A DNA stretch of 64,000 bases from an uncultured Chloroflexia bacterium. GTDB taxonomy: Bacteria > Chloroflexota > Limnocylindria > Limnocylindrales > CSP1-4. The translations under genes and the position numbers were made by a program. A model generated the notes under the pieces. The model was given only the letters and a program-made list of their open reading frames with translations, was not told where the DNA came from and did not search any database. Below are positions 1 through 9,731 of the stretch, one piece after another; within the stretch, counting starts at the first letter, position 1; the number at the start of each line of letters is the position of its first letter. Location of the stretch: contig CAWEMV010000002.1 in NCBI GenBank assembly GCA_963810285.1, forward strand, positions 2,869,643 to 2,933,642. Direction: 5' to 3'.

Positions 1-480
1 CGCGGCACGACCCGCCTCGACCCCGGCGAGCGACCCGCGGACCTGCCCATCGACCACGTCGACCTCCCGCCCGGCCTCGCGATCGGCCAGCTGCTCGCCG
101 ACGCAGACGATCGGTCGGAGACCCGAGTCGAGCGCCCGGCCGACCTTGCGCGCCACGAGATCGTCGGTCTCGCCGGCGTCGCGCCGTCGCTCGGAGTGCC
201 CGACGATCGCCCACGTGGCGAGCCCGGCCAGCATCGGCGCGGCGACCTCGCCGGTGTAGGCGCCGGCCAGCTCGTGATGGACGTCCTGGGCGCCGACGGC
301 GACATCGGGATCGTCCTCCGCCAGCGCGTCGCGGACCGGCGCGAGACAGACGAACGGCGGGCAGATGACGCGCGTGACGCCGGGTTCGCGGGTCCGGGAT
401 GCGATGGTCCGCGCCAGCTCGCCGGCATCGGCCGGGGTCGTGTGCATCTTCCAGTTGGCGGCGATCACGACCTCACGCAT
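1..480 (-). CDS. tpiA: Triosephosphate isomerase, 5' part (3' end runs off the window)
   Basis: Not in the ORF track. Reverse translation from the ATG at 480-478 gives MREVVIAANWKMHTTPADAG..., the AANWKMH TIM N-terminal signature. The frame stays open to position 1. Confidence 0.88.
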   Translation of the reverse strand, partial: MREVVIAANWKMHTTPADAGELARTIASRTREPGVTRVICPPFVCLAPVRDALAEDDPDVAVGAQDVHHELAGAYTGEVAAPMLAGLATWAIVGHSERRRDAGETDDLVARKVGRALDSGLRPIVCVGEQLADREAGREVDVVDGQVRGSLAGVEAGRAA

Positions 481-489
481 GCGCCCGAA

Positions 490-1284
490 TCATGCCAGAG
501 CCGGCGCATGCGGCCGCGACGGCTCGTCCTCCGCCAGGCGCTCGATCCGCTCGAGCGCGCGCTGGACGGCCGAGCGATGCAGCTCGAGGCGCTCGGCAAG
601 CTCGGACAGCGTGGCCTCGGGTGTCTCGCGGCGTGCATCGGCGACGAGCCGGACCCCGTACGGCTGCTCCGCCAGGCGCCCATCGGCCTCCAGCTGGGCG
701 ATGGCATCGAGCTGTCGCCCGGCCGCGGCGACGGCCCGCTGGAGGTTCGCCGACTCGGCATTGAGCACACGATTGAGCTCACCGCGCAGGGCGCGCGAGA
801 CCTGGCGCGCCTCGAGCTCGAGCAGCGCACCGGCGGCGCCGATCCGGCGCAGGAACGTCCCGACCGCCTCGGCGCTCTTCCACGTCACGACCCCACGACC
901 GCGGCGCTGCCGCCACGATGCGGGCAGGCCGACCTCCTCGAGCCGGTCGGCGAGCGCCGCCGCCTCGTCGAGCGGCACGACGAACTCGAGATGGGTCCGG
1001 CCACCCGCGAGGCTGAGCGAACCGCGCGAGAGGAAGCGGCCCCGCAGCCAGGCCGTGCGGCAGTGGTCGGCAACATGCGCCCAGTCGAACGCCGGCGGGT
1101 CCGGTGCGTCGCTCCGGGCGGCCCGCCGGAGTCGATGGGCCAGCCTGGCGACCGCGGGCTCGCGCGACCCGACGTCGTCGCCCAGACCGGCCGCCTCGGC
1201 GATGCGGTCGCACGGACGGGCCGGGTCGATGGCGGCCAGCTCGTTCCGCAGCGCCGTGACGAGATCGCGCTCGGAGCTCGTCAC
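490..1284 (-). CDS. whiA: WhiA-family DNA-binding protein (short, 264 aa)
   Basis: It occupies the conserved rapZ-yvcK-whiA position. The C-terminal HTH reads ATLSELAERLELHRSAVQRALERIERL. GTG start at 1284. Confidence 0.8.
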   Translation of the reverse strand: MTSSERDLVTALRNELAAIDPARPCDRIAEAAGLGDDVGSREPAVARLAHRLRRAARSDAPDPPAFDWAHVADHCRTAWLRGRFLSRGSLSLAGGRTHLEFVVPLDEAAALADRLEEVGLPASWRQRRGRGVVTWKSAEAVGTFLRRIGAAGALLELEARQVSRALRGELNRVLNAESANLQRAVAAAGRQLDAIAQLEADGRLAEQPYGVRLVADARRETPEATLSELAERLELHRSAVQRALERIERLAEDEPSRPHAPALA

Positions 1285-1285
1285 C

Positions 1286-2626
1286 TCAGGCGGTCCGCGT
1301 CACGGCCCGTCGCCGCGTCGACGACTCGCCCTCGTAGGCATGCACCACCGCGGACGCCAGCCGGGCCGGATCGTGGTGGTGGGCGTTGTCGGGGTCGACG
1401 ACGTCCTCGAGGACGAGCCTCGGCGGCACAGCGAGGCCGGCCGGCGGCCACTGCAGGCGGACGGTCTCGGCCCGCCATTCCGTCGGGACGCGTGCGTCGA
1501 ATCGGTTGTTGGCCAGCACGAGGTCGACGATGCCCGGGGCGGTGTGGTCGATGAGTGCGGTCACGTGGCCGGCCAGGTCGAGCCCGGTCGTCTCGCCCTC
1601 CTGGGTGGCGACGTTGCACACGTACAGGCGGTGCGCCCCGGACGCCAGGATGGCGTCGCGGATGGCCGGGATCAGCAGGCTCGGCAGCAGGCTCGTGTAC
1701 AGGCTGCCCGGCCCGAGGACGATGAGGTCCGCCTCCGCGATGGCCGTCAGCGCGTCGTCGGACGCGCGCACGTCGTCCGGGGTCACCCACACCCGGTCGA
1801 TGCCGGTGGTGCGCATGATGCGGGACTGGCCGTCGACGGTCGCGCCGGTGGACGTCCGTGCGTGCAGGGTGAGTGGCGTCGAAGTCACCGGCACGACCTG
1901 GCCGCGCACCGCAAGGATCCGGTTGATGCGGCGGACACCCTCCTCGAAGTCGCCACCCTCGATCGCGGTCATGGCGGCGAGGAGAAGATTGCCCACCGCG
2001 TGACCGGCGAGACCCGGCTCGGTCTGCGCCGTCGCGCCAAGGCCGCCGCCAGCCGGGAAGCGGTACTGCAGCAGCTCGCTCATCAGCGGCTCGGCGTCGG
2101 CCAGCGCGGCGATGCAGTTGCGGATGTCCCCGACCGGCGGGATGCCAAGCTCCTGGCGCAGCACACCCGACGAACCGCCATCGTCGGCCACCGTGACCAC
2201 GGCCGTCAGGTTGCTGGTGTGCTCCTTGAGGCCGCGCAGCAGCGTCGAGAGGCCGGTCCCGCCGCCGATCGCGACGACCTTCGGGCCCTTGGCCAGGAAG
2301 CGCTTCTGGTAGATGACCTCGACGAGCGGCTGGTCCGCGTCGGGCGCCCGGAGCGGGTCGGTCACGACGCGCGCGACCCGGTACGCGCCGAGCACGACGA
2401 GGGCGACGCCTGCCAGCCCGATGATGAGGCCGCGCAGCGGGAACGGCAGGAACTGGAGCGTGATGACGTCGATGACCGCCGCGAACGGGCCCGAGGGTTC
2501 GACGTCGCGCGTGAGCTGGCGAAGCATGTGGGCGAACGCCATCGCCAGGAGCAGCAGGCCGAGGAACACCACCAGCAGCCAGCGCTTCACCCCGATGCCG
2601 GGCGTCAGCCAGCGGCGCAGCTTCAC
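1286..2626 (-). CDS. yvcK: YvcK/CofD-like gluconeogenesis-factor family protein with an N-terminal membrane extension
   Basis: The core carries KVVAIGGGTGLSTLLRGLK and LIVLGPGSLYTSLLP. The first ~105 aa hold 2-3 hydrophobic helices. Its stop is 1 nt from the whiA start. Confidence 0.85.
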   Translation of the reverse strand: MKLRRWLTPGIGVKRWLLVVFLGLLLLAMAFAHMLRQLTRDVEPSGPFAAVIDVITLQFLPFPLRGLIIGLAGVALVVLGAYRVARVVTDPLRAPDADQPLVEVIYQKRFLAKGPKVVAIGGGTGLSTLLRGLKEHTSNLTAVVTVADDGGSSGVLRQELGIPPVGDIRNCIAALADAEPLMSELLQYRFPAGGGLGATAQTEPGLAGHAVGNLLLAAMTAIEGGDFEEGVRRINRILAVRGQVVPVTSTPLTLHARTSTGATVDGQSRIMRTTGIDRVWVTPDDVRASDDALTAIAEADLIVLGPGSLYTSLLPSLLIPAIRDAILASGAHRLYVCNVATQEGETTGLDLAGHVTALIDHTAPGIVDLVLANNRFDARVPTEWRAETVRLQWPPAGLAVPPRLVLEDVVDPDNAHHHDPARLASAVVHAYEGESSTRRRAVTRTA

Positions 2627-2642
2627 GCGACCCGATCCCCGG

Positions 2643-3548
2643 TCATGTCCGGTCCAGCTCTCGGTGGAACACCGCCACCGGCCCGGTGTCGCTCTCGCGC
2701 AGCCACGTGGCGAGCTGTTCGGCGATGACGATGGACCGGTGGTAGCCGCCCGTGCATCCGATCGCGATCGTGAGGCGCGTCTTGCCCTCGTCGATATACG
2801 CCGGGATGGCGAAATCGAGGAACTCGTGGAGCAGCTTCAGGAAGCGACCCGTCATGGGCTGCTCCATGACGTAGTCGCGGACCTCCTCGGTCAGCCCCGA
2901 GTGCGGCCGCAGGTCCGGCACGTAGTACGGGTTCGGGATGAACCGCACGTCGAACACGAGGTCGGACTCGAGCGGGACGCCGTACTTGTAGCCGAAGCTG
3001 ATGAGCTGCACGGCGAGCTGGTCGGGCCGGGTCGTCGTGGCCAGCTGCGCGAACAGCCGCTCGCGCAGCTGGCGGAGCGACAGGTCGGAGGTGTCGACGA
3101 TGACGTCGGCCTCGTTCCGGATCGGGTCGAGGATGCGCCGCTCCTCGGCGATCGAGCTGGCGATGCCGCGCTGGTCGTTCAGCGGATGCCGATGGCGGGT
3201 CTCGCTGAACCGTCGGATGAGGACGTCGTCGCGGGCCTCGAGGAACACGATCCGTGGCACGATCCCGCGACCCTCCAGCGCACCGCGCATCGCCCCGAGC
3301 GCGAGGGCCGGGTCGCCGGCCCGCACGTCCAGCACGATCGCCACGCGCGCGAACCGCTCATCGTCGCCCGACACGAGCTCGGCGAGCTCGGGCAGCAGCT
3401 CGCCCGGCAGGTTGTCGATGACGACGTAGCCGAGGTCCTCGAACAGCTTGGCCGCGGCCGTCTTGCCGCCACCCGACAGGCCCGACAGGATCACGACCGC
3501 CTGTTCCGCCGCCCCTTCCGTGGTCGGCTGGCCGGTCGCCTGGGTCAC
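2643..3548 (-). CDS. rapZ: RNase adapter / nucleotide-binding protein RapZ (YvcJ)
   Basis: Walker A motif ILSGLSGGGKTAAAKLFEDLGYVVIDNLP. The C-terminal region reads IAIGCTGGYHRSIV. I chose the GTG at 3548 because it overlaps the tatC stop (GTGA). The longer ORF to 3935 is Arg-rich shadow sequence. Confidence 0.9.
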   Translation of the reverse strand: MTQATGQPTTEGAAEQAVVILSGLSGGGKTAAAKLFEDLGYVVIDNLPGELLPELAELVSGDDERFARVAIVLDVRAGDPALALGAMRGALEGRGIVPRIVFLEARDDVLIRRFSETRHRHPLNDQRGIASSIAEERRILDPIRNEADVIVDTSDLSLRQLRERLFAQLATTTRPDQLAVQLISFGYKYGVPLESDLVFDVRFIPNPYYVPDLRPHSGLTEEVRDYVMEQPMTGRFLKLLHEFLDFAIPAYIDEGKTRLTIAIGCTGGYHRSIVIAEQLATWLRESDTGPVAVFHRELDRT

Positions 3549-4333
3549 CGCCCCGTCCGCTTGATGAACTGGATGGTCAGCTCGTACAGGACGTACATCG
3601 TGCCGCCGAGCGCGAACGGGCTCACCAGGTCGCCGCCCGGCGTGGCGACGGCGGCGAAGATCGCGATCCCGAGCACGACGTAGCGCCGTGCCTCGCGCAG
3701 CCGTTGCGAGGTCACGATGCCGACCCGCGACATGCCGACGAGCAGGATCGGGAACTCCATCACGAGGCCGAACGCGAGGAACATCGTCGTGACGAAGTCG
3801 AAGTAGGGCCCCGCGGCGATGTTGGCCACGAGCCGGTCGTCCGTGAAGCCGAGCAGGAACGACACCGCGTACGGCAGGACGAGCCGCGCGATCACGACGC
3901 CGAGCGCGAAGAACAGCAGCGCCAGGGGGATCCATGGTCGGACCGTCCGGCGCTCCGCCGGCGTCAGGCCCGGGGCGACGAACGCCCAGATCTGGTAGAG
4001 CAGGACCGGCATCGCGAGGATGATCCCGATGACGATCGAGATCCGGAGCTGGATGGCGAAGCCGTCACCGGGGCCGAGCACCTGCGCGACGCCGTTCGGC
4101 AGCGGCTCGAGCAGGAAGTTCCGGACCGGCACCGAGAAGTAGAAGCCCACGATCGCGCCGGCGACCACCGCCAGGATGCAGCGGAAGAGCCGGCTGCGCA
4201 GCTCGTCGAGATGATCGACGAGCGACATGACCGACGTGTCGGGGTCGGGCGTACCGGGCGGCGAGCCGGTCGGCGGTTGGGACGCGATGGTGCCCGGCGC
4301 GGGCGTCTCGCGAAGGGCGTCGGCGTCGGCCAT
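3545..4333 (-). CDS. tatC: Twin-arginine translocase subunit TatC
   Basis: MSLVDHLDELRSRLFRCILAVV... followed by six predicted TM segments. It sits directly downstream of tatA. Confidence 0.9.
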   Translation of the reverse strand: MADADALRETPAPGTIASQPPTGSPPGTPDPDTSVMSLVDHLDELRSRLFRCILAVVAGAIVGFYFSVPVRNFLLEPLPNGVAQVLGPGDGFAIQLRISIVIGIILAMPVLLYQIWAFVAPGLTPAERRTVRPWIPLALLFFALGVVIARLVLPYAVSFLLGFTDDRLVANIAAGPYFDFVTTMFLAFGLVMEFPILLVGMSRVGIVTSQRLREARRYVVLGIAIFAAVATPGGDLVSPFALGGTMYVLYELTIQFIKRTGR

Positions 4334-4354
4334 CAGGGGCGGGCGACCCCCGGC

Positions 4355-4606
4355 CTAGTTCGTGCGCGAGGCCGGCTCGGTGGGCGCGGCAGGCGCCTCC
4401 CCCGTGGCGGGGGCGGGCGCGGGTGGGTTGGCAGGCAGCGGTGAGGTGTCGACCTTCACCGAGTCGCTGATATCCGAGGAGGCCTTGCGGAACTCACGGA
4501 TGCTCTTTCCCAGCGCGGAACCGACGTCCGGCAGCTTGCCCGGGCCGAGGATGAGCAGCGCGATGACGAGGATGATGATCAGTTCGACGGGTCCAGGCAT
4601 CGGCAT
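4355..4606 (-). CDS. tatA: Twin-arginine translocase subunit TatA/E
   Basis: 83 aa. GPVELIIILVIALLILGPGKLPDVGSALGKSIREFRKA is the TatA TM helix plus amphipathic-helix signature. Confidence 0.9.
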   Translation of the reverse strand: MPMPGPVELIIILVIALLILGPGKLPDVGSALGKSIREFRKASSDISDSVKVDTSPLPANPPAPAPATGEAPAAPTEPASRTN

Positions 4607-4642
4607 GGTGGAAGGTCCTTTCGAGCGGGTCGACCGCGGCGG

Positions 4643-5506
4643 CTAGGGTAGCACAGGGAGCTTCGCGGCCCACTCGGCGGCGGCGGCCGCGACGCGCTCG
4701 AACCGGTCGCCCGGACGGTCCCCGAGCGCCGCTCCGGCGATGCCTCGCGAGACGTTCACAAGCAGCCCCCGACCGACGCCGTCGGAGCCCGGGGCGGCGG
4801 TCGCCGGGCCGTCCCGGAGCACCGGGTCGATGGCCCCACCCTGCGCGCCGACGCCGGGCACGAGGAACGCCAGGCCCGGTGCGATCCCACGGATGGTGGC
4901 GAGCTCGTCGGGGGCGGTCGCGCCGACCACGAGACCGATGGTCCCGCCCGGTCCCCAGCCGGTCGCGAGACGGGCGATGCGCTCGTGGAGGCGCTCCGCC
5001 GGCGAACCGTCCTCGCCCGGTCCGACGGCCACGTCCTGGACCTCGCCGGCGCCGGGGTTCGACGTGCGGCACAGCACGTAGGCGAACCGGTCGGCCCGCT
5101 CGAGCAACGGGGCGATGGCCTCGGCGCCCAGGTACGGGCTGACTGTGACGGCATCGGCGCCGAGCATGTCGAACAGCGCGACGGCCTGCCGTGCGGCGGT
5201 CGAACCGATGTCGCCCCGTTTCGCGTCGGCGATGAACGGGACATCGGCCGGGACCGCGCCGCGCAGCCGCTCGAGCGCCGCCATCCCGGCCGATCCGAAG
5301 GCCTCGAAGAACGCGAGGTTCGGCTTGACCGCGGCGCTGACCGGGAGCGCCGCCTCGAGGACGAGCGACGCGAACCGCTCGACCCCGGCGACATCGCGCG
5401 AGAACCCATCGGGCAGGGCGTCGGGGTCAGGGTCGAGGCCGAGGCACAGGACGGAGCCGGTCGCTTCGGTGCGGGCCGCGAGCCGATCGAGATACGCGCC
5501 GGTCAC
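4643..5506 (-). CDS. pyrF: Orotidine 5'-phosphate decarboxylase (type 2)
   Basis: LCLGLDPDPDALP and the catalytic FIADAKRGDIGSTA motif. GTG start at 5506. Confidence 0.85.
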   Translation of the reverse strand: MTGAYLDRLAARTEATGSVLCLGLDPDPDALPDGFSRDVAGVERFASLVLEAALPVSAAVKPNLAFFEAFGSAGMAALERLRGAVPADVPFIADAKRGDIGSTAARQAVALFDMLGADAVTVSPYLGAEAIAPLLERADRFAYVLCRTSNPGAGEVQDVAVGPGEDGSPAERLHERIARLATGWGPGGTIGLVVGATAPDELATIRGIAPGLAFLVPGVGAQGGAIDPVLRDGPATAAPGSDGVGRGLLVNVSRGIAGAALGDRPGDRFERVAAAAAEWAAKLPVLP

Positions 5507-5516
5507 CGGCCGCGGA

Positions 5517-6752
5517 TCACGGAGACGGGCTGGCGACGGTCGGGGCCGCGGACGCCGGCTGCTCCGCCGCCGGCAGCAGGGCCGGCGGGATGTACCAGTC
5601 CGGTCGCGAGGCGGGGTCGAGCCCGGACACCTCGGTCAGGTCGATCGTGTCGGCGATGGTCCAGTTCGGCCCGCGGCCCTCGAGCTTGGCGAGCCGCAGG
5701 TCGACCGTCTGGCCGACGCCGTGGAGGAACGCGATCTCATCGCCGGCGGGCGACCACGTCGGCGCCCACGACGCCCCGTCGTCGGTCAGCCGCAGGACCT
5801 CGTTGCCGGTGCTGCCGCTGAGGACCACCACGTCGGTCCCCCGCGGCGTCGTGCGGGTCGCTGCGATCCAGCGTCCGTCGGGCGAGTACGACCCCTGCAG
5901 GTAGCCGGGCCCGGTCATGACCCGTGCGCGCTTGGTCTTCGGGTCGTAGCGCATGATCACCGGCGCGCCTCGTGAGCCGTCGCGGCCGTTCTGCGTGTAC
6001 AGCAGGACCTTCCCGTCCGCGCGCCACTCCGGATCCTGGTGACCGAGCACGCCGACCTCGTTCACCCCGGCGCGGGTGAGGCGCTTGCGCGCGATGTCGT
6101 AGAACTGGAGGACGACGTTCGACTCGTCCGGGTCCGGGGCGTCGGTGACGAGCGCGATGGTCTTGCCGTCCGGCGACAGCACGGGCTGCCGGATCCACGC
6201 CGACCAGAGGAGCGATCCGCGGCGCACCGCGCCCCGCAGCAGGCGCTGCGGCTCACCCTGACCGTCGGACCGGATGCGCATGACGTCCTGGAGCTGGATG
6301 TCGTAGACGAACGGCTTGCCGCGCAGCGGCCAGCGACCGATCTCGGGCCTGGACTGGACGTAGGTGATCCAGTTGCCGTCGGCCGACCACGACGGCATCG
6401 ATGCGCCATCGGTATCGGTCAGCTGCCGGGTCTCCTTGTCGGTCTGGATCCAGATGTTGCCGCCCTTCGCGTAGGCGATCGACCCGAGGAACGTCGCCTC
6501 CTCGGGCACCACGACGACGCCCGAGGGTGCCGGCGTGGCGGCGGGACCGTTGTTACCGCCGTTGCCGCCACTGTTGCCGTCGCCGCCGGTCAGACCCGCG
6601 AACGGCAGCTCGTAGTTGAACAGGTTGACGGTCACGATCGCGATGATGATGAGGCCGACGATCGACGCGATCGGGGCGATCATCGAGCCCATCGGCCCGA
6701 TGCTGAACGGGTCGCGCGCGCGGGCCGAGCGAGGCTTGACGGAGCGGGTCAT
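5517..6752 (-). CDS. Membrane-anchored TolB-like (PD40 / WD40-like) beta-propeller protein
   Basis: The true start is the ATG at 6752, which overlaps the recJ stop (ATGA). One TM helix (IAPIASIVGLIIIAIVTV) is followed by repeated PD40-like units (PSWSADGNWITY, LSPDGKTIALV, SYSPDGRWIAA, WSPAGDEIAF). Confidence 0.7.
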   Translation of the reverse strand: MTRSVKPRSARARDPFSIGPMGSMIAPIASIVGLIIIAIVTVNLFNYELPFAGLTGGDGNSGGNGGNNGPAATPAPSGVVVVPEEATFLGSIAYAKGGNIWIQTDKETRQLTDTDGASMPSWSADGNWITYVQSRPEIGRWPLRGKPFVYDIQLQDVMRIRSDGQGEPQRLLRGAVRRGSLLWSAWIRQPVLSPDGKTIALVTDAPDPDESNVVLQFYDIARKRLTRAGVNEVGVLGHQDPEWRADGKVLLYTQNGRDGSRGAPVIMRYDPKTKRARVMTGPGYLQGSYSPDGRWIAATRTTPRGTDVVVLSGSTGNEVLRLTDDGASWAPTWSPAGDEIAFLHGVGQTVDLRLAKLEGRGPNWTIADTIDLTEVSGLDPASRPDWYIPPALLPAAEQPASAAPTVASPSP

Positions 6753-8509
6753 GCCGGTGTCACCGCGAGCCCCGGGGCCCCACCGGCGAGGATGGCCGCG
6801 GTCTCCGGATGGGACCCGCTGGGGGCGGCGTCGCGGATCTCGAGCTGGAGCGATTCGAAGCCGCCGAACGTCCGGCTCGATAGCCGGGCGACCACGTCGA
6901 TCCGGTCGCCCTCCTGGACGAGGGCCGCGATGTCCGCACGCCCGAACGCGATGCCATCGAGCACGTCGCGATCGCGGCGCAGCGTCAGCGAGGTGTGGTC
7001 GTCCGCGGCGAGTCGCACCCGTGTCACGGTCAGGCCGAGGACCGCCACGAGCGGCTCCGGGTTGCCCGGGCCGTACGGGGCGAGCCCGCCCAGGTCGCGG
7101 TACAGCCGGTAGTCGACGTCGAGCGCCGGGATCGCGATGTCGATTCGCAGCACCGCCCGCGGATCGGGCGGCACGGCCGTCGCGGCGATCGCCTCGAACC
7201 GCTCGATGAACGCCGGCCAGCGTTCCTGCGGCAGCTCGAAGCCGGCGGCGCCGGCGTGGCCGCCGTGGCGCGTGAACAGGTCGGCGCACTCGGCGAGCGC
7301 CGCGCCGAGATCGACCGAGCCGTCGCTCCGGCACGAGGCACGGATCGTGTCGCCCAGCTCGGCCCCGACGACGGCGGGCCGGGAGCGGTCCTCCGCAAGG
7401 CGAGCGGCCACGAGCCCGACGATCCCGACCGGCCACGGGCCGCGGACGATCGACGCCGGTCTGTCGGTCTGGGCGGCAACGAGCGCCCGTGCCTCGGCGA
7501 CCGCGCTGACGGTCAGGTCGCGACGCGCCTTGTTGGCCACCTCGAGCGCCTCGGCGTGGACCGCGGCCTCGTCGGCGTCGACGGCGAGCAGGAGCCTGGC
7601 CGCCTCGAGCGCCTCCCCCACCCGACCGGCCGCGTTCAGGCGCGGCGCGAGCGCATAGGCGATCGTGTCGAGATCGACCGCAGCCGGCGCGACCTTGGCC
7701 CGCTCGAGGAGTGCCACGATGCCGGGACGCGGTTCCGTCCGGAGTCGTTCCAGCCCAAGGCGGGCGATCGCGCGGTTCTCGCCGACGATCGGGGCGACGT
7801 CGGCGACGGTGCCGATCGTCGCGAGATCGGCGAGGTCCAGCGCCGCGGCTGCCCCGTCCGGCGTGTCGCCGAGCAGCAGCTGTGCCACCTTGAAGGCCAC
7901 GCCGCTGCCGGCGAGCCGCGCATCCGGGTACCGCGAGTCGGCGCGGTGCGGATTGACGACCGCGTACGCCGGCGGCAGCTCGGGCGGGACGCGGTGATGG
8001 TCGGTCACGATCACGTCGATGCCGCGCTCGTTCGCTGTCGCGATCTCGGCACCGGAGCTCGTCCCGCAGTCGACCGTGACGATGACGGATCGGCCGCCGG
8101 CCGCCGCGGTCTCGACCGCCGCGAGGGAGAGGCCGTGGCCCTCCTCGAGGCGGCTCGGCACGTAGGGCTCGACGTCGACACCGAACCGGCGCAGCGCGAT
8201 GACGAGGATGGCCAGACCGTCGAGGCCGTCGGCGTCGAAGTCGCCGAAGACCATGACCCGCTCCCCACGGTCGCGAGCCCGCGTCAGCCGTTCGAGCGTC
8301 CGGTCGGCGTCAGGCAGCAGCATCGGGTCGTGCAGGCCGGCCAGCGGCTCGGCGAACCATGCCGACAACCCGGCCGCATCGAGCACGCCGCGACGCGCAA
8401 GGAGCCCGGTCAGGCGCTCGGCGAGACCCAGCTGGAGTGCGACGGTCGACAGCGCCGGATCGACGGGGCCGGACTCCGGGAAGGTCCAGCGGTAGCGCGG
8501 TTCGAGCAC
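6749..8509 (-). CDS. recJ: Single-stranded-DNA-specific exonuclease RecJ
   Basis: DHH-family motifs are present: VMVFGDFDADGLDG, VTVDCGTSS, VIVTDHHRVP. I prefer the GTG at 8509 (VLEPRYRW...). The ATG at 8650 would overlap secF by 74 nt. Confidence 0.85.
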   Translation of the reverse strand: MLEPRYRWTFPESGPVDPALSTVALQLGLAERLTGLLARRGVLDAAGLSAWFAEPLAGLHDPMLLPDADRTLERLTRARDRGERVMVFGDFDADGLDGLAILVIALRRFGVDVEPYVPSRLEEGHGLSLAAVETAAAGGRSVIVTVDCGTSSGAEIATANERGIDVIVTDHHRVPPELPPAYAVVNPHRADSRYPDARLAGSGVAFKVAQLLLGDTPDGAAAALDLADLATIGTVADVAPIVGENRAIARLGLERLRTEPRPGIVALLERAKVAPAAVDLDTIAYALAPRLNAAGRVGEALEAARLLLAVDADEAAVHAEALEVANKARRDLTVSAVAEARALVAAQTDRPASIVRGPWPVGIVGLVAARLAEDRSRPAVVGAELGDTIRASCRSDGSVDLGAALAECADLFTRHGGHAGAAGFELPQERWPAFIERFEAIAATAVPPDPRAVLRIDIAIPALDVDYRLYRDLGGLAPYGPGNPEPLVAVLGLTVTRVRLAADDHTSLTLRRDRDVLDGIAFGRADIAALVQEGDRIDVVARLSSRTFGGFESLQLEIRDAAPSGSHPETAAILAGGAPGLAVTPA

Positions 8510-8576
8510 CTCGTCAGGATGCCATGCGGCGCTTGCCCACGCCTCTACCGGGCATCGGAACGATCGCCGCCGCGGA

Positions 8577-9731
8577 TCAGGATGTCGCCCGCCGCGCTCG
8601 CGGGGCGCGCGTGGACGGCAGTCGACCGTGGCGCCGGTCCTCCCACGCATGCCAGTCGACGAGCAGCGGGCTCGCGACGAAGATCGACGAGTACGTGCCG
8701 ATGACGATACCGATCAGCAGCGCGAGCACGAAGTCGCTGATGGCCGAGCCCCCGAACAGGAACAGCGCGAGGAGCGTCAGCAGCACGGTCAGGCTGGTCA
8801 TGATCGAGCGCCCGAACGTCTGCAGGATCGAGTGGTTGACGATCTCGTCGAACGGCTCGCCGAGGTGGCGCGCCTTGTTCTCGCGGATCCGGTCGAACAC
8901 GACGATGGTGTCGTGGACCGAGAAGCCGATGACGGTCAGCATCGCGGTCACGAACAGCGCGTCGATCTCGACGTGGAAGAACGTGCCCAGGATCGCGAAC
9001 GACCCGACGACGACGATCACGTCGTGCCCGAGCGAGACGAGCGCCGTCACGCCGAACTTGACGTCGCGGAAGCGGTACGTGATCCAGCCGACGATGCCGA
9101 GCGAGCCGACGACGATGAGGATGAGCGCCTGCTGGAGCAGGTCGGAGCTCACGACCGCGCCGATCGTGGTCAGGCTGCGCTGCTCGGCGATGTCGCCGAG
9201 GCTCGCCTGGAGCGCGGTGACCATGGCGCCCAGCTGCCCGTCGGTGGGCAGCTCGGTATCGCCGACCGCCCCGCCCGGCGAGGGCGACGGCGACACGCTC
9301 GAACCCGGGCTGGCCGAGGCGCTCGGACTGGCCGACGGTGACACGGACGGGGAGGCCGACGGCGCCGGGGAGCCGCTGGCGCCCGGGGAGCCGCTCGGCG
9401 CAGCCGAGCCACTGGCCGATGGGGACAGCGACGGTGACGCCGCCGGCTCGACGACGAGGCCGATCGGCTCTGTCTTGATCTCGATGAACCCGGACTCGGT
9501 ACGGATCGCTGTCGCCTCGAGCCCGTTCGCGGCGAACACCTCCTCGACCTGCTCGGGCGTGACCGACGGGTCGGCGAACCGGATCTCCCAGCGCGTCCCG
9601 CCGGTGTAGTCGATGGTCGGCTGGAGGCCCGCGTCGGTGAACGGCGACAGCAGGATGAAGATCAGGCCTGGGATCGTGAGCAGCGCCGAGAACAGGTAGA
9701 ACCAGCGGCGCTTGCCGATGACATCAAACAT
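8577..9731 (-). CDS. secF: Protein translocase subunit SecF (with a Ser/Pro-rich insertion)
   Basis: MFDVIGKRRWFYLFSALLTIPGLIF..., the SecDF C-terminal 6-TM core, and an 8-nt overlap with the secD stop. Confidence 0.9.
   Translation of the reverse strand: MFDVIGKRRWFYLFSALLTIPGLIFILLSPFTDAGLQPTIDYTGGTRWEIRFADPSVTPEQVEEVFAANGLEATAIRTESGFIEIKTEPIGLVVEPAASPSLSPSASGSAAPSGSPGASGSPAPSASPSVSPSASPSASASPGSSVSPSPSPGGAVGDTELPTDGQLGAMVTALQASLGDIAEQRSLTTIGAVVSSDLLQQALILIVVGSLGIVGWITYRFRDVKFGVTALVSLGHDVIVVVGSFAILGTFFHVEIDALFVTAMLTVIGFSVHDTIVVFDRIRENKARHLGEPFDEIVNHSILQTFGRSIMTSLTVLLTLLALFLFGGSAISDFVLALLIGIVIGTYSSIFVASPLLVDWHAWEDRRHGRLPSTRAPRARRATS
9273..9449 (-). repeat. Low-complexity Ser/Pro/Ala-coding insertion inside secF
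   Basis: It encodes EPAASPSLSPSASGSAAPSGSPGASGSPAPSASPSVSPSASPSASASPGSSVSPSPSPGG. Confidence 0.8.

Noticed and set aside
365-2728. Long antisense ORFs opposite real genes (for example 365..2728, 14465..16855, 33677..37261, 42916..46743, 57233..59299, 58120..60192)
   Set aside because: These are typical high-GC shadow ORFs. Their composition is extremely Arg/Gly/Pro/Ala-rich, they carry no recognisable motifs, and each lies opposite a gene with strong family signatures.
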